Under the pieces are notes generated by a model. It did not search any database and had not been told where the DNA came from. It was given only the letters and a program-made list of their open reading frames with translations. Made by a program: the position numbers and the translations under genes. A stretch of DNA of 63,416 nucleotides, counting the filler, from Nemertoderma westbladi (Eukaryota; Animalia; Xenacoelomorpha), in NCBI GenBank assembly GCA_032718475.1. It is 3 parts of 3 records of this genome, joined end to end, with 100 filler letters (N's around TTAATTAATTAA, not from the genome) between each part and the next. Parts side by side here need not be neighbours in the genome. Positions count along the whole stretch, not along the records: positions 1 to 30,772 come from JAUCBJ010004932.1; 2 more parts are not named here. One strand, written 5' to 3'. The stretch's first letter is position 1; each line of letters begins with the position of its first letter. Shown piece by piece: positions 12,223-24,216 of the stretch.

Positions 12223-13317
12223 CCAATGAGTCACTTGCCGAATACAAAAGGTTTTATCTAAAACTAAAAATGAATCACTTTAATATATATTACTGTAATA
12301 TACACTAATAATAATATTCATTACGAAACTGCCTCTTTATAGAGCTAATAGGTAGTTGTTGTAGGAAAGATGGTCCCCATCTATGGTAATATTTTGTAAC
12401 TAATATACTGATAGTAACTGATGTAATGAAAGTGGCGGTCACAAGATCAACTAAAGGCACCCACATTTTACTGTACATCTTGTTTCAGTGCTTGTACTGT
12501 TATCATTTATTGTTTTGGTTATAAAGGGCATGCTTCTAAAACCTGCTCATCATTTCCCTTAATTTATAATTTGTTGTTGTAAGCATATATTTGTAGTTTT
12601 TAATTAGACCCACCTCGTTAAGCTACTCCTTTCACTTTTTAAGTTTGATTGTAATTTTGTAATTTATAATGGTAAACTTGATAAAAATTTAATTTCCAGT
12701 GTGCCTCTAGTGTGATATCCCCTGTGATATTAATATTACCAGTAACATTAATAATTCATAATGTAAAATATATATCCGTTATATCCCTCTACCGACCAGT
12801 ACCATTAACTATATTTTTGTTTATCTAAAACATGACTAACTATAAACTATTAAAACTATAAACTCTGACTAAATATAACTACAGTATATGATAGATCTTC
12901 GTTCATTACTCGATGCTTGACTCGCCAAATAAATCACAGTTGAGATGTGCAATGGGTCTTTGGGCCACTTGACAACTATCAAGGTTCAAAACGATAATAA
13001 TAAATAAAAATACAAAAATGTTTTAAAAATGATACCCATATCTACCACTGTTATTAATTTATTAAACTATTACAATACTGTTTCAAATGCCCATTCATGT
13101 TAATTGTGTGGTTGAGAACTGAATCGATTTTTAGTAATTTCAGTTTCAGTTACAGTATTCAAAATTCATAATTACAGTTTCAGTTACAGTTACAGTATTC
13201 AAAATTCGCAATTACAGTTACAGTTATAGTTACAGTATCAAAAAAACATCAAAATCATTCAGTTACAGTTGCAGTTACAGTATAATTACAGTTACAGTTC
13301 TCAACACTAGTCATGAG

Positions 13318-14311
13318 TCTATACGTGATAGCTTAATTAAGCTGTGTTGGCTTGCGGCCTATAAGGGGGCCTCCAGCAATTATTCGTACTGATCCCGCCC
13401 CTGGTTTTGTTGCGCTTAAGGAGGACCAAATCTTGGCATCACATAATCTGCACATTGAGTTAGGTCAACGTAAGAACATAAACAAAAATCCTATGGCGGA
13501 ACGAGCCATTCAGGAACTTGAAGTAGAGTTTCTCAAATCCAGCCATGGAGGGGGCCCAGTTTCTGAAACAGCCCTATCTATTGTTCTAGCCCATCTTAAT
13601 TCTCGAATACGATTTAATGGATTATCATCTCGGGAAATATTGTTTCAACGAGACCAGTTTAGTGGCTTACAAATCCCTGTCAATGACAAGTCTATTATAC
13701 TACAACAACATAGTGCAAGGTCATACAATCATTCATTGAGCTCAAAATCCAAAGCTCCCCATCCTTCTGCTCTGTTATACCCTGAGGAAAGTATCAAGAT
13801 TGGTGACTTAGTATATTTATATTCTGATAATTCCAAGCATCAGAACCGTTGTCGATATCTTGTTACTGCTGTGGTAGGAGACTGGTGTAATGTTCGGAAA
13901 TTCATTGGCCACCAACTACGTGCCTTTTCATACCGCATCCGACTGTCAAACTGTTATAGGGTTCCCGCAAATACTACCATTTATAACAGTTATCCTACTA
14001 TCCAGAGCGACTCATCTGATGATGATATTGGTTTGCCAACTCATGATATTGGTTTGCCAACTCATGATATTGGTTTGCCAACTCAAGTTGGCCCCATTGA
14101 TGTCGATGTTATGGATGTAGCAGATGACCCTATTCCAGTTGCTGTACCTCGTACTCGTGACTCTGTGATCCCTCCACCATTAGAAGACCATGATGAACCT
14201 CATCCTTATGCAACCATACCTGCATCCCATAGTGAACAGGGTTCTGCGAGACTCCGTCGATCAATGCGTACCCGCAAGCCTCCCAATTATTATGGCTTTG
14301 AGGAACAATAA
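13318..14311 (+). mobile_element. Gypsy integrase core and C-terminus (continuation of 8192-10040; one frameshift near 13345)
   Basis: IRTDPAPGF...NKNPMAERAIQELE (D,D-35-E region), IGDLVYL, terminal LRRSMRTRKPPNYY. Confidence 0.9.
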
Positions 14312-14497
14312 ATATTATTTTCTCATCTATATACAGGACTGTACTCCATGTCATATAATTTTTGATCCTCTATGAACAATTCTGTTAAACATTTTGTTAT
14401 AGAACAACATATTAGTCTCGTCTAGGATAGTGAACTGTTCTATCATATTATTTGCAATAGTCATTATTATTATTTCCACTGAAGGAAAGAAAAAAAA

Positions 14498-14679
14498 TGA
14501 TTGCGCCAGTAGTGGTTACAGTACTGTCGTTGTGTCATTGTACTGATAGCTAGTACGCCCCTTTATTATTCACCTTTACCTGTTACTGTGTTACCGGTAC
14601 CTCTGTACCTATGATTACCTGTACTGCTGTATGCATTATACATATCAGATGTCTGACGTCCTTACCTTTTACCTATTCA
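14498..14679 (+). mobile_element. Putative 3' LTR of the Gypsy element (~182 bp)
   Basis: Follows polypurine tract gaaggaaagaaaaaaaa (14481-14497); starts TGA and ends TCA exactly where the CR1 frame resumes. Confidence 0.7.
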
Positions 14680-14900
14680 TTATTGGCGCTGTTTAAAATT
14701 TACGCACGACCCGTTTTAGAACATAATTCACCTATTTGGTGTCCATACTTAGATAGGGATATAAATATTATAGAACAGGTCCAACGAGACTTTACAAGAT
14801 ACCTGCCTGGTCTAGAAGGTTTAAGCTATGCAGATCGCTTAAATCGTCTCAACACCCGATCCTTAGAGGAACGTCGTATTTTCATTGATCTGATGGAGAT
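14680..14900 (+). mobile_element. CR1-type LINE fragment (3' part of the copy at 7865-8175)
   Basis: LLALFKIYARPVLEHNSPIWCPY...IEQVQRDFTR...LSYADRL...SLEERR. Confidence 0.9.
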
Positions 14901-15415
14901 TAGGGTGGTCCTTATTTCAATGTAAAATTTAAAAGTTGTGGAAATTCTCCTCTGACCCCCCCAAATCCTTTCTTCTGATAAAAAAACACCTTGAGTAAAA
15001 TTTGAGCACAAATGATATATATTTGGAGGTAGCTCAAACACCCTGAAGTTGAGCGTATGGACACCATTCGATCGCGCGCACAGAATATAATGGAGTTTGC
15101 TGATATGAAGGCTTCTATTTGTTGTACATACAGTCCCGCTCTCAAAAAGCATTCCTTTGATCAAACATTGATCAAACTTTGATCAAACATTGATCAAAGT
15201 TTGATCAAATATTGAAATGAACCAGGCTTATAAATCCTGCCATTGAGTTCTACCAAAGGCGCTGCACTTCAAAGTCTAGATTCCCACTGAGCCGTGTGTC
15301 AATCAAGCAGCCCTCTCTCTCTCTCTCTCTCTCTCGCTCTCCCTGTGTGTGTAATGCTCCATGTGCTCTGTAGGATGTCTGCAGAGCACACAGGACACCA
15401 CGTCCATATCATACC

Positions 15416-15550
15416 ATTATTATAGGAAGGGATCTAGGGGTCTTAACCTCCTACAGTTGCCTACAATTGCGCCAATAAAATATAAGTTATTTTCGGTAAA
15501 ATAAACTTATCATTCGAGGTTAAGACCCCTAGATCCCTTCCTATAATAAT
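15416..15550. mobile_element. Tiny foldback/MITE with ~35-bp near-perfect inverted arms
   Basis: attattataggaagggatctagggggtcttaacctc ... gaggttaagacccctagatcccttcctataataat. Confidence 0.7.
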
Positions 15551-16309
15551 TGTATAATAACAAACACCTCGAAAAATACAGCTTGCCAACACATTGTTAC
15601 TATCAATAATATCATACCATAGGTTTGTAAGCTGTAGCCGTTATTTAAACCAGTTAAAGCCTAGGTTATAATAATTTACAGCGATTATCAGAAAATAACA
15701 GCCGCAATTGAATCTCCACTTGGCGGTGTGGTGGTAATGAAAGCAAGGGCGGGTATGGGCTGTGTGGAGTTTAATTCTGAGTTACGCAATGTGTTGGGTG
15801 GATGGCTACAATACATTAGAATAGGGGGGGGGGGGGGGGGGCAACTAAGCGTACCGAGGGGGAGGCCATGTGAAAGCATACTATGAGCACCGCTATGATT
15901 TTAGAAGGGCTTGATCTTTTTGCGTAAGTAAATAATACCTAAGGAAATGTAAGGAATTTTATTAGAAATACGTTAGGACTTCTTACTGTGCACACCTACG
16001 TTAGTGCCCGCACCCCGTACTGAATTTTGAAGTTATTATAAGGTAATCGACATGCGACATCGACAACGGCCTCATCCATTAACATACACTAATTTAATTA
16101 ATTCCCTAATTTCCCTAACGTACGTGCATACTAACGTCCCAAGACCACATTTTCCTTAGAAAATTTGACAACAATATTCAATGAATTAATTTAAAATTGT
16201 CGATCTAAAACAATAATTTATTGTTTAAATTATTATAATTAGAGACAGTTAGGGCTTCTTGCTGCCAAAATTGGGTTAGAAGAGAATGTGTTCGGACGTA
16301 GACGCTGTG

Positions 16310-16697
16310 CAGACAGAGGTGCCGACACAGGTTCCGACAGAGGTGCCGACACAGGTGCCGACGGAGGTGCCGACACAGGTGCCGACAGAGGTGCCGACAC
16401 AGGTGCCGACATAGGTTCCGACATAGGTGCCGACACAGGTGCAGATACAGGTGCCGACACAGGTGCCGACATAGGTGCCGACAGAGGTGCCGACACAGGT
16501 GCTGACATAGGTGCCGACACAGGTGCCGACATAGGTGCCGATACAGGTGCCGACATAGGTGCAGACACAGGTGCCGACATAGGTGCCGATACAGGTGCCG
16601 ACATAGGTGCCGACACAGGTACCGACATAGGTGCCGACACAGGTGCAGACACAGGTGCCGACACAGGTGCCGACACAGGTGCCGACATAGGTGCCGA
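16310..16697. repeat. 12-bp minisatellite (aggtgccgacac), ~32 copies
   Basis: Direct tandem repeat; explains the GADT and SAPV repeat ORFs. Confidence 0.95.
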
Positions 16698-19092
16698 AAC
16701 TTTACTAAAGTCTTCCCAAGAAATTAGAATAAGTAAGTGAATAAGTAAGTGAATACCTAAGGAAATGTAAGGAACTTTATTAGAAAGACGTTAGGACTTC
16801 TTACTGTGCACACCTACGAATTTGATAGTATTATCTGTCTTCGTTCAATCCAATATTCCACGAAAAAATCAGTCAGCTATAATCACAACCGCTGTCGGGC
16901 AGACTTAATATTGATACTGGCTTTCTAGTGAATAATTTAATAATATTCCAGAGGCTGTATTTCAGAACGTGCCCGGAGTTGTTAGTGGGTCCTATTACAA
17001 GACTCAGCCTGGTACTGGTACACTACCACAACACTCTGGTACTGGTACACTACCACAACACTGTGTTGTCAATCTTATGATTATAATAATTCACAACGAT
17101 TATCAGAAAATAACAGCCACAATTGAATCTCCACTTGGCGATGTGGCGTTATGAAAGCAATGGCAGGTATGGGCTGTGCTGTGTGGAGTTTAATTCTGAG
17201 TTACGCAATGGGTTGGGTGGATGGCTACAACACATTATAATGGGGGGGGGGGGGGGGGGGGGGGTGTGCAGGTCCGCAGCTTGTACAATGATATAGTAAT
17301 AGTCCATAACAAGAGGGTATGGGATCACTGGGGTTATATTGATGCCTTGTCTTACAGCAAAAGTGAGCAAAAGTGTGGTCGGCCGGATGGTTAAAACCCT
17401 CCATTAATTAAAAATTAATGAGCAGAACTTAATAAGTATTACTAACCCAATTTGATTTTTAATATTTAAAAAATTATAATTACAATACGTTAAACTGAAT
17501 TAAAAAATACGTAACTAATGATGTACATAACATGTTTACTTTAAAACAAATTAGGTTTTCAATAAAATTACCTTATCAGAGTATTAAAATTAAATTACGT
17601 ACATTTTTAGAAGGTATTTTAGGGGGTGGGCTGGCGCTGGTGCTTGGATTTATTTATTTCTTTATTTACATTTATTAGTATAATTAGAGACAGGGGCAGG
17701 AAGGAAGCTTGTCGAATTTACACAATTACTGTATAAGCAAATGCAACGCAACGGCAGCCATCGCGCTGCTACGTCAATGGAGGTCTTTGGCCTTGATTCT
17801 GATTTAAGGAACATTGAAACTAATTTCTAATATAACAATCATTTAAAAATATTCCAAATGCTGTTTTTCTGAACTAGTTGTAGTGTAATAATAGGCCCTG
17901 CCCTACAAGAACAAGACCAACAACACTGCCATGTAAATCCAATCGCTGTCCATCCACAAAGTCAAGCAAGCTCCATCCACCGCCCTGTCAATCACATCGC
18001 GGCTTGGCCATTAACAAAAGCCAGTTCTCGGCGGGAGTCTGAGTTCAAAGGCATGCCGCAGAAGAGCGATGTAAACTGTTACCTTGAAATCATTTCAATG
18101 TCATTTCAATATGAGACAGAAAGTCTGGAATTTGGGTCCTTCGATTTCAAGGTCATTTCAATATGGCATCAATGTCATTTCAATGTCAATGCTACTTTCA
18201 ATGATATTCTATGGACACATTTTGATCAAACTTTGATCAATGTTTGATCAAAGTTTGATCAATGTTTGATCAAAGGAATGCTTTTTGAGAGCGGGACTGT
18301 AGTTAATTTTAGGCTTATTTGACCCGCAATCATCGATTTAGTGGGTGTAGATACCTTCAAAACAAGTGCTAAGCTAGTAGTTCTTGAAATATCACACAAA
18401 AGGTTAAGCCCGGCAGAACTCATCAATCGATCATTCAATTGATTACGCCAAGGACATATTGAAATATTGGCATTAACATTTTGTAGGTCTACCTCCTGCA
18501 TCTTATTTCAGTTAAAGAATTACTATTAAATAGCATCCCAGATCTGTATGCATGAGAATTACCCTAATTCTACTGCTAGCTTTCCATAATGTCACCATGG
18601 CAACAACCACGCTAGAATTAGAAGTGAGTTAAAAGAACAATAAAGGCTTACCCCATTGAATAGCATAAGAAATAAATAGCACACTGCTAGTATCCAAGGA
18701 TACCCAATAATAACGTGGCATTCTGGAAGGCACTTGACTAACGGACAAATGGCCCGAATGTGTTCGGTTTGTGACAGTTGTGTGGAATTTGTGCGTTTAT
18801 AGGTGAATGTTACTACTAAAGTGTGTTTACAGTAGCGAGTCGCAATTGTGAAAGTAGCCCTAACTCTGCAGTAAGAACCTGAAGTAAATCTTAGCCCTTG
18901 GGACGGACAGTGGAGTGGCTCGCGCTGGTTGTTATTGTCGTGGTGCAGCTACTATGTTGGCGATAGGCACAGCGGCGACAGTACATCAGCGGTGAGGATC
19001 TTGCGCTGTCAGGGGGCCGTGAGGGGTAGGCAGCGACGCCCGCTAGCCTAATTATAAACTCATTATAATATTGATAAACTCATATAGCAGCT

Positions 19093-20642
19093 ATGACTGA
19101 GTTGATAGAAGATGATCTTGGTATCAGGGAGCGATATACTCTACCTTTACAAGCGTTTGTTGATAGCTTGATACGCGGCGACGCTAGTCCAACTACTACG
19201 GAGGACGATGGTCGTTATATCAAACCGCCGATGTCCCAGGAGCAACTTACGCGTGAATTGGACTATAGAAAATTCACCGCTCGCTATACGCATCGTAATG
19301 GTACGCATATGGACTTCTTAACTACTGGCCATCCTATCGATTTACACGATACGGACGATGTAGACACCGAAGGGGACATTGATTTATTTAAATATCATAC
19401 CCAGCGGAGTCGGAACGATAAACCGAGAATAGAACACGAGAATTATATTCGAAATCGACTCGAAAGAGAAGACATTAAAGAACCTGATAAACGCGGTAAC
19501 TCCAACGTATATTTGGAATTCTTGAGAGAAACATGGTAAAACCGAATAAATATCACCCGCGTTTCCCCTACAAGAAGTGCGTCTTTGGTATTATTGCGAT
19601 GAATACCCAAAACACAACCAACAAACGGAAAGACATAAACATCCGTGGAGACGTTGAGCTAAACACAGTTTTACTCACTATATTTACGGGAGTTTCGAGC
19701 GAAACTTGTTCGATGTATCACCTACGCTCGCTCGACTCAAACAATCCTTAAATAAACCTATGATCAGAGTTCCGGAATACTCGGTCAGACCTCCTCATTC
19801 CCTAGTTCGACCTCAGACTCTTGATCCTAATAGTATCACGGATCCTCCCGAACTGTACTCACTGTCCAAAGATCTAGTGTTACCCGAACAATTAGTCGGT
19901 GGCACTCCGGTTGTGGGTTCCCTAAATATTCGCCCATCTTACCTAGCCGGATTGGGACGCGGGCATCTAATATCGCCATTCAACCGTATCATCGTCCCGG
20001 TTTAACCCGATACAACCTGTCACTGAGGTGGAGGAGAGAGTTGTTCGAAATGCGTTGGACACTATTTGTCAAAAGATCGGAAAAGGAACCTACAATGTTT
20101 AGAGAAACGTAAATTGCAGCAGCAAGTCCAAGCGGTAAACGAATTAGCTTTATCTCAGTTCGATCAGGAAATCCAGAATCTATAAGAAGATATCGAACTT
20201 GGACGACTCTACTTCCTGCAAGAGTTTGGACGAATGCTTTCAACGACAAGCGGAGGAAAATCAGCTCGAGGAGAAGCATATCGATTCCGATAGAGCCCAA
20301 GAACGCGAGTTGGAAAGAATCATCAAACCGAGGAAATTTCTCACTATACACGGTCCACCTACCGCTCTCGTGCAAACGACCCGTCAGGGACCAGTAAGAG
20401 CTGCTGTCTTAAAACGCGATCTCAAGGTTGTTCGACCTCGCTCCACTGAGGTTGATATCGATTAACCAGGTACCTCGACCGGCGGATACACCGACCGTAA
20501 TCCTAAACCTTCCGATACAATTGTATTGCACCCTTCACCCAGGAGTTATAGCCCTCCTAGTAAAGTGGCTCGCCCCAAAGAAAAAAGGACTCTTGTTAGC
20601 CTCAAAAAACTGCGTAAACGCCGTCCGCGCAAGAAAGACTAA
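19093..20642 (+). pseudogene. Decayed ~510-codon ORF of unknown function, probably LTR-element-borne
   Basis: ORF pieces 19093-19539, 19706-20005 and 20199-20465 can be chained through a few stops and frameshifts to a basic C-terminus SLKKLRKRRPRKKD*; CpG-rich compared with the flanks. Confidence 0.5.
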
Positions 20643-20720
20643 CTGTTTAGAGTATTTTTATATTTTAGAAACTGTGATTTTTTATATTTTATAGAATTAA
20701 ATCCCATTTTCTGGGAGCGG

Positions 20721-21347
20721 TGTAAAGGCTTTTGCGGATCTAGCTAGTCATTTTCCCCGCAAAGTACTCTGTAGGTGTTTTAGCGGACATAAAAAGCCGT
20801 TTTCTTACTGTGTAGGTGTTTTGGTGGACATGAAAAGCCATTTTTCTGTATGTGTACTTTAGCGGACATAACAAGCCATTTTATGCCGCAATACGCCAAA
20901 ATACTCTTAATACAGTGTAGTTCAGATGACGACATCTATCAGCTGATATGTCGACGTGGAGCTTTTGGCTTTCTTTGTTCAGGCTCACTCACTCGACCAA
21001 TCAGAGCGATTTTCATTTTATTTGCACAGAAGCCTCCGGGAAATCGCGCAATGCATTATGGTCTTTGTTTACCTTTTTTCCTGAGCCCAGAACATCGGCT
21101 TTGGAATTATTCTGTGTTTCAGACTTTAGCCAAACATTAGAACGGCTTTGATTATAGAAACATATAACTGTTATCAAACCAACTCAGTACATATGCATTA
21201 TGCTTTCACCGCATTGTTTTACTGCTTTTACTGTCGGTTATTAATTGTTATCAGTTGATGGAATGTTGCTATATTTGGAGAATATCGATAAATAACTATA
21301 AAACCCCAATCTTCTTGATATGCTGAAGGTTAGAGAGACCGGTTACA
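20721..21347 (+). mobile_element. Putative LTR (~627 bp)
   Basis: TGTAA...TTACA termini; preceded by purine-rich gggagcgg (PPT-like); three internal ~40-bp direct repeats at 20770-20885; no second copy in the window. Confidence 0.55.
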
Positions 21348-21634
21348 TATAGCAATTGCGACTTACATTATAGTGGTTTTGGAGTGAATTGAATGCTATT
21401 TCATAGACCCTACATGTGTCGGTTGAGGTTCTCCTTATATATGATTAAAATTGGTGAAGGTCGGCAGATCAGTGTGCAGCAGTGTGAGGTAGTGTGCATG
21501 AGTGTGACAGATAACAAAGCATTTCCTAAAGAATGCGCTTTATACGTAAATCATAAGCCATCCCGTTGTGTTTAGTGTAAGTCATAACTCTATAGACGGG
21601 ACGGTAAAGTGAAACAAGGTAGAAGTGTATCCAT

Positions 21635-21970
21635 CTAACCACTGGGAAGCAGCACCTCAAACTTGCGCCAATCACGTTTCTGCTTGTTGATAGCTGGCTG
21701 GCGAGTGCGTATATAAAACATTTCTAGTTTTTGCAGGACAGGACGCAAAGGGTGCCGTGCAATAACCTTGAAGTGTTTGAACAATTCTCGCCAGTCGGTC
21801 AACCAACGTGTGTTGGGCTCCCCGCGGTGCGTCATGATATGGTTGTGAACTGTCTTGCCTTATTCACTACCATCATTGGCCGACCCGTCTTGATGCTGTC
21901 TAACGCGTTCAAATAAGTGTTGGATGGTATGTCCAACATATTCCCCCTTACAAGAGGGACAAGCAAATGC
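21635..21970 (-). mobile_element. GIY-YIG endonuclease remnant, Penelope-like element (one in-frame stop)
   Basis: FACPSCKGEYVGHTIQHLFERVRQH...*...HNH...LEMFYIRTRQPAINKQ contains YVGxT, catalytic R, E and N, plus the CCHH motif characteristic of Penelope-like endonucleases. Confidence 0.75.
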
Positions 21971-22361
21971 TTTTGCAGTTGCTTTTTATTTTAGTATTTG
22001 TATCGTACTGTACTGGCATACCTACCGGCAAGGTTTTTTACTTCAGCTTGACAATTAAAGAATAAAATAATTGTATTAACTCAAGCATTTAATTATTAAT
22101 TATTAAATTAAAAATTGATAATTTAAAAAATTGGCTAGATAATTTTTGTAGATTCGAAGGTACTGAGTTCAAAAAGTTGGATAAATATTAAGCTGTTTTA
22201 AAAAATCTCCCGAGGGAGTGCCCACACCCACCCACCCCCCCCCCCCCCCTTAAAATCAGCATGCATCCCTGAAAACATTAATAACCTGAAAATCAATGTA
22301 TTTATTTGATCAGTTACAAATATAGTTCAGTACAAATACAAAAATTTTGTTACTGGTAACT

Positions 22362-23831
22362 TTAAGATTTATGAACAGAATTGATATGGGTGTTTAGGTA
22401 GCCTTGCCGACTGAATTCTTTATTACAATAACCGCACTTATGTTTGATACCTTTATGTATAGAATCGACATGCCGGTTTAGGTCGTGTTTGCAACTGAAT
22501 TCTTTATAACAATATCCACAGTTATATTTGATATTTTTATGTATAAAGTCGACATGTTGTTTTAGTTCGGCTTTTGAACGAAATGATTTTCCACATTCGG
22601 AGCAGCTATACTTGATGATACCTTTGTGGACAAAGTTAACGTGGATGTTAAGACTCCTTTGCAGACTGAATTCTTTATTACAATAATCGCATTTATGTTT
22701 TATATCTTTGTGAACGGATTCGATATGTTGTTTTAGTACGTTTTTTCTAGCAAATGATTTTCCACAATGAAAACAGTTGAACTTGATATCTTTATGGGAG
22801 TAGTTGATATGGGTGTTTAGATTCCTTTGCTGACAGAATTCTTTATTACAATAATCGCATTTATGTTTTATATCTTTGTGAACGGATTCGATATGTTGTT
22901 TTAGTACGTCTTTTCTAGCAAATGATTTTCCACAATGAAAACAGTTGAACTTGATATCTTTATGGGAGTAGTTGATATGGGTGTTTAGATTCCTTTCCCG
23001 GCTGAATTCTTTATTACAATAACCGCACTTATATTTGATATCTTTATGTATAGAGTCGACATGTTGATTTAGTAAGTGTTTGTAACTGAATTCTTTATTA
23101 CAATAACCGCACTTATATTTAATATCTTGATGTATAGAGTCGACATGTTGTTTTAGTTCGGCTTTTGTAGCAAATGATTTTCCACAATCGGAGCAACTAT
23201 ACTTGATGATGCCTTTGTGGACAAAGTTAATGTGGGTGTTTAGACTCATTTTATAGCTGAATTCTTTATTACAATAATCGCACTTATGTTTGATATCTTT
23301 ATGGGTAGCGTCAATATGCTTCTTTACATAATTTTTTATTTTAAACAATTTCTCACAATAATCGCATTTATACTTATTCTTGACGTCTTTATGAACGGAT
23401 TCTATATGTATCTCTAAATTTCCTTTGTTATTAAATAATTCATTGCAATGCAAACAGGAACTGGTGTCTGAAGAAGATACCAAGTCCCCAACCGTTTCAT
23501 TAGAACTACCGAATTCTGTTGTTGCACAACTGATTGTCGCTTCTGTGCCTACAGTTTCAATAGGCCTACCATACGAACAGTCTGGGCCGTCGTTTTCCCG
23601 TTTTTCAACAATAAAAGAATCTCCTGATGGTTCATAAGAAATATCTTCGTCATCTAGTACAGGGACAACATTTACTCTACCGAACAAATTGTTGTGATCT
23701 TCGATGGTAGATGATCCGTAAACGCACTTCTCTTGTTTAACATCAAGAAAATGGGTAGTGGTTTGTTCTTTCTTTATAATTATACCGCCACCAGATGATT
23801 TATCTTTCAATAAATTAATATGTTGATCCAT
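22362..23831 (-). CDS. C2H2 zinc-finger protein, 13 tandem fingers, uninterrupted ORF
   Basis: 13 CxxC-x12-HxxxxH units; first ATG at 23831 (an upstream exon is possible); AATAAA on the minus strand at 22301-22306. Confidence 0.88.
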   Translation of the reverse strand: MDQHINLLKDKSSGGGIIIKKEQTTTHFLDVKQEKCVYGSSTIEDHNNLFGRVNVVPVLDDEDISYEPSGDSFIVEKRENDGPDCSYGRPIETVGTEATISCATTEFGSSNETVGDLVSSSDTSSCLHCNELFNNKGNLEIHIESVHKDVKNKYKCDYCEKLFKIKNYVKKHIDATHKDIKHKCDYCNKEFSYKMSLNTHINFVHKGIIKYSCSDCGKSFATKAELKQHVDSIHQDIKYKCGYCNKEFSYKHLLNQHVDSIHKDIKYKCGYCNKEFSRERNLNTHINYSHKDIKFNCFHCGKSFARKDVLKQHIESVHKDIKHKCDYCNKEFCQQRNLNTHINYSHKDIKFNCFHCGKSFARKNVLKQHIESVHKDIKHKCDYCNKEFSLQRSLNIHVNFVHKGIIKYSCSECGKSFRSKAELKQHVDFIHKNIKYNCGYCYKEFSCKHDLNRHVDSIHKGIKHKCGYCNKEFSRQGYLNTHINSVHKS

Positions 23832-24216
23832 TATCAAATCTTCAGTAAAACTTAATCAATACGTTAAATACAGGTGGCAGTAGTTTTGTATATCAAGCTT
23901 TTCACTAAACCCAATTTGTTTATAATGTCCGATATCTGTACTAAACATCTATATCGTATCAGTCGTATAAAAACACTTTACGGGGTCATAGGCTGGAGCC
24001 TGTATTACATATAGAAACACCTATATTTATAAACATCGAGGCAGAAAACAATAGTTGGATATTTTTTTCCGATGAAAATTCGAAATTAAACTTGAAATAT
24101 TTCCGTTGCTATGTTAACCCGAGCGGGATTTTTAAATTGCAGAATGGATAACAATTCAACCAGTGTGTAGGAGTGTTGAACAATTCAACCGGTGTGGATA
24201 CACTGAGTTGTACCGG

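Larger units (their letters stand above)
10041..13309. mobile_element. Non-autonomous hAT-like element A inserted in the Gypsy integrase
   Basis: TIR tagtgttgagaactg...cagttctcaacacta; 8-bp TSD gtcatgag at 10033-10040 and 13310-13317; (cagtta/cagttt)n subterminal arrays. Confidence 0.93.
15131..18299. mobile_element. Non-autonomous TA-targeting TIR element (Tc1/mariner-pogo-like), ~3.2 kb
   Basis: ~75-bp TIRs cagtcccgctctcaaaaagcattcc plus (tttgatcaaa) repeats; TA at 15129-15130 and 18300-18301. Confidence 0.88.

Noticed and set aside
16239-16740. SAPV/GADT repeat ORFs as mucin- or antifreeze-like proteins
   Set aside because: By-product of a 12-bp minisatellite inside a TIR element; open on both strands
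14901-18480. Outer hAT-like element starting tagggtggtcc that interrupts the CR1 copy
   Set aside because: Left end is plausible, but no matching right TIR or TSD was found, so boundaries cannot be supported
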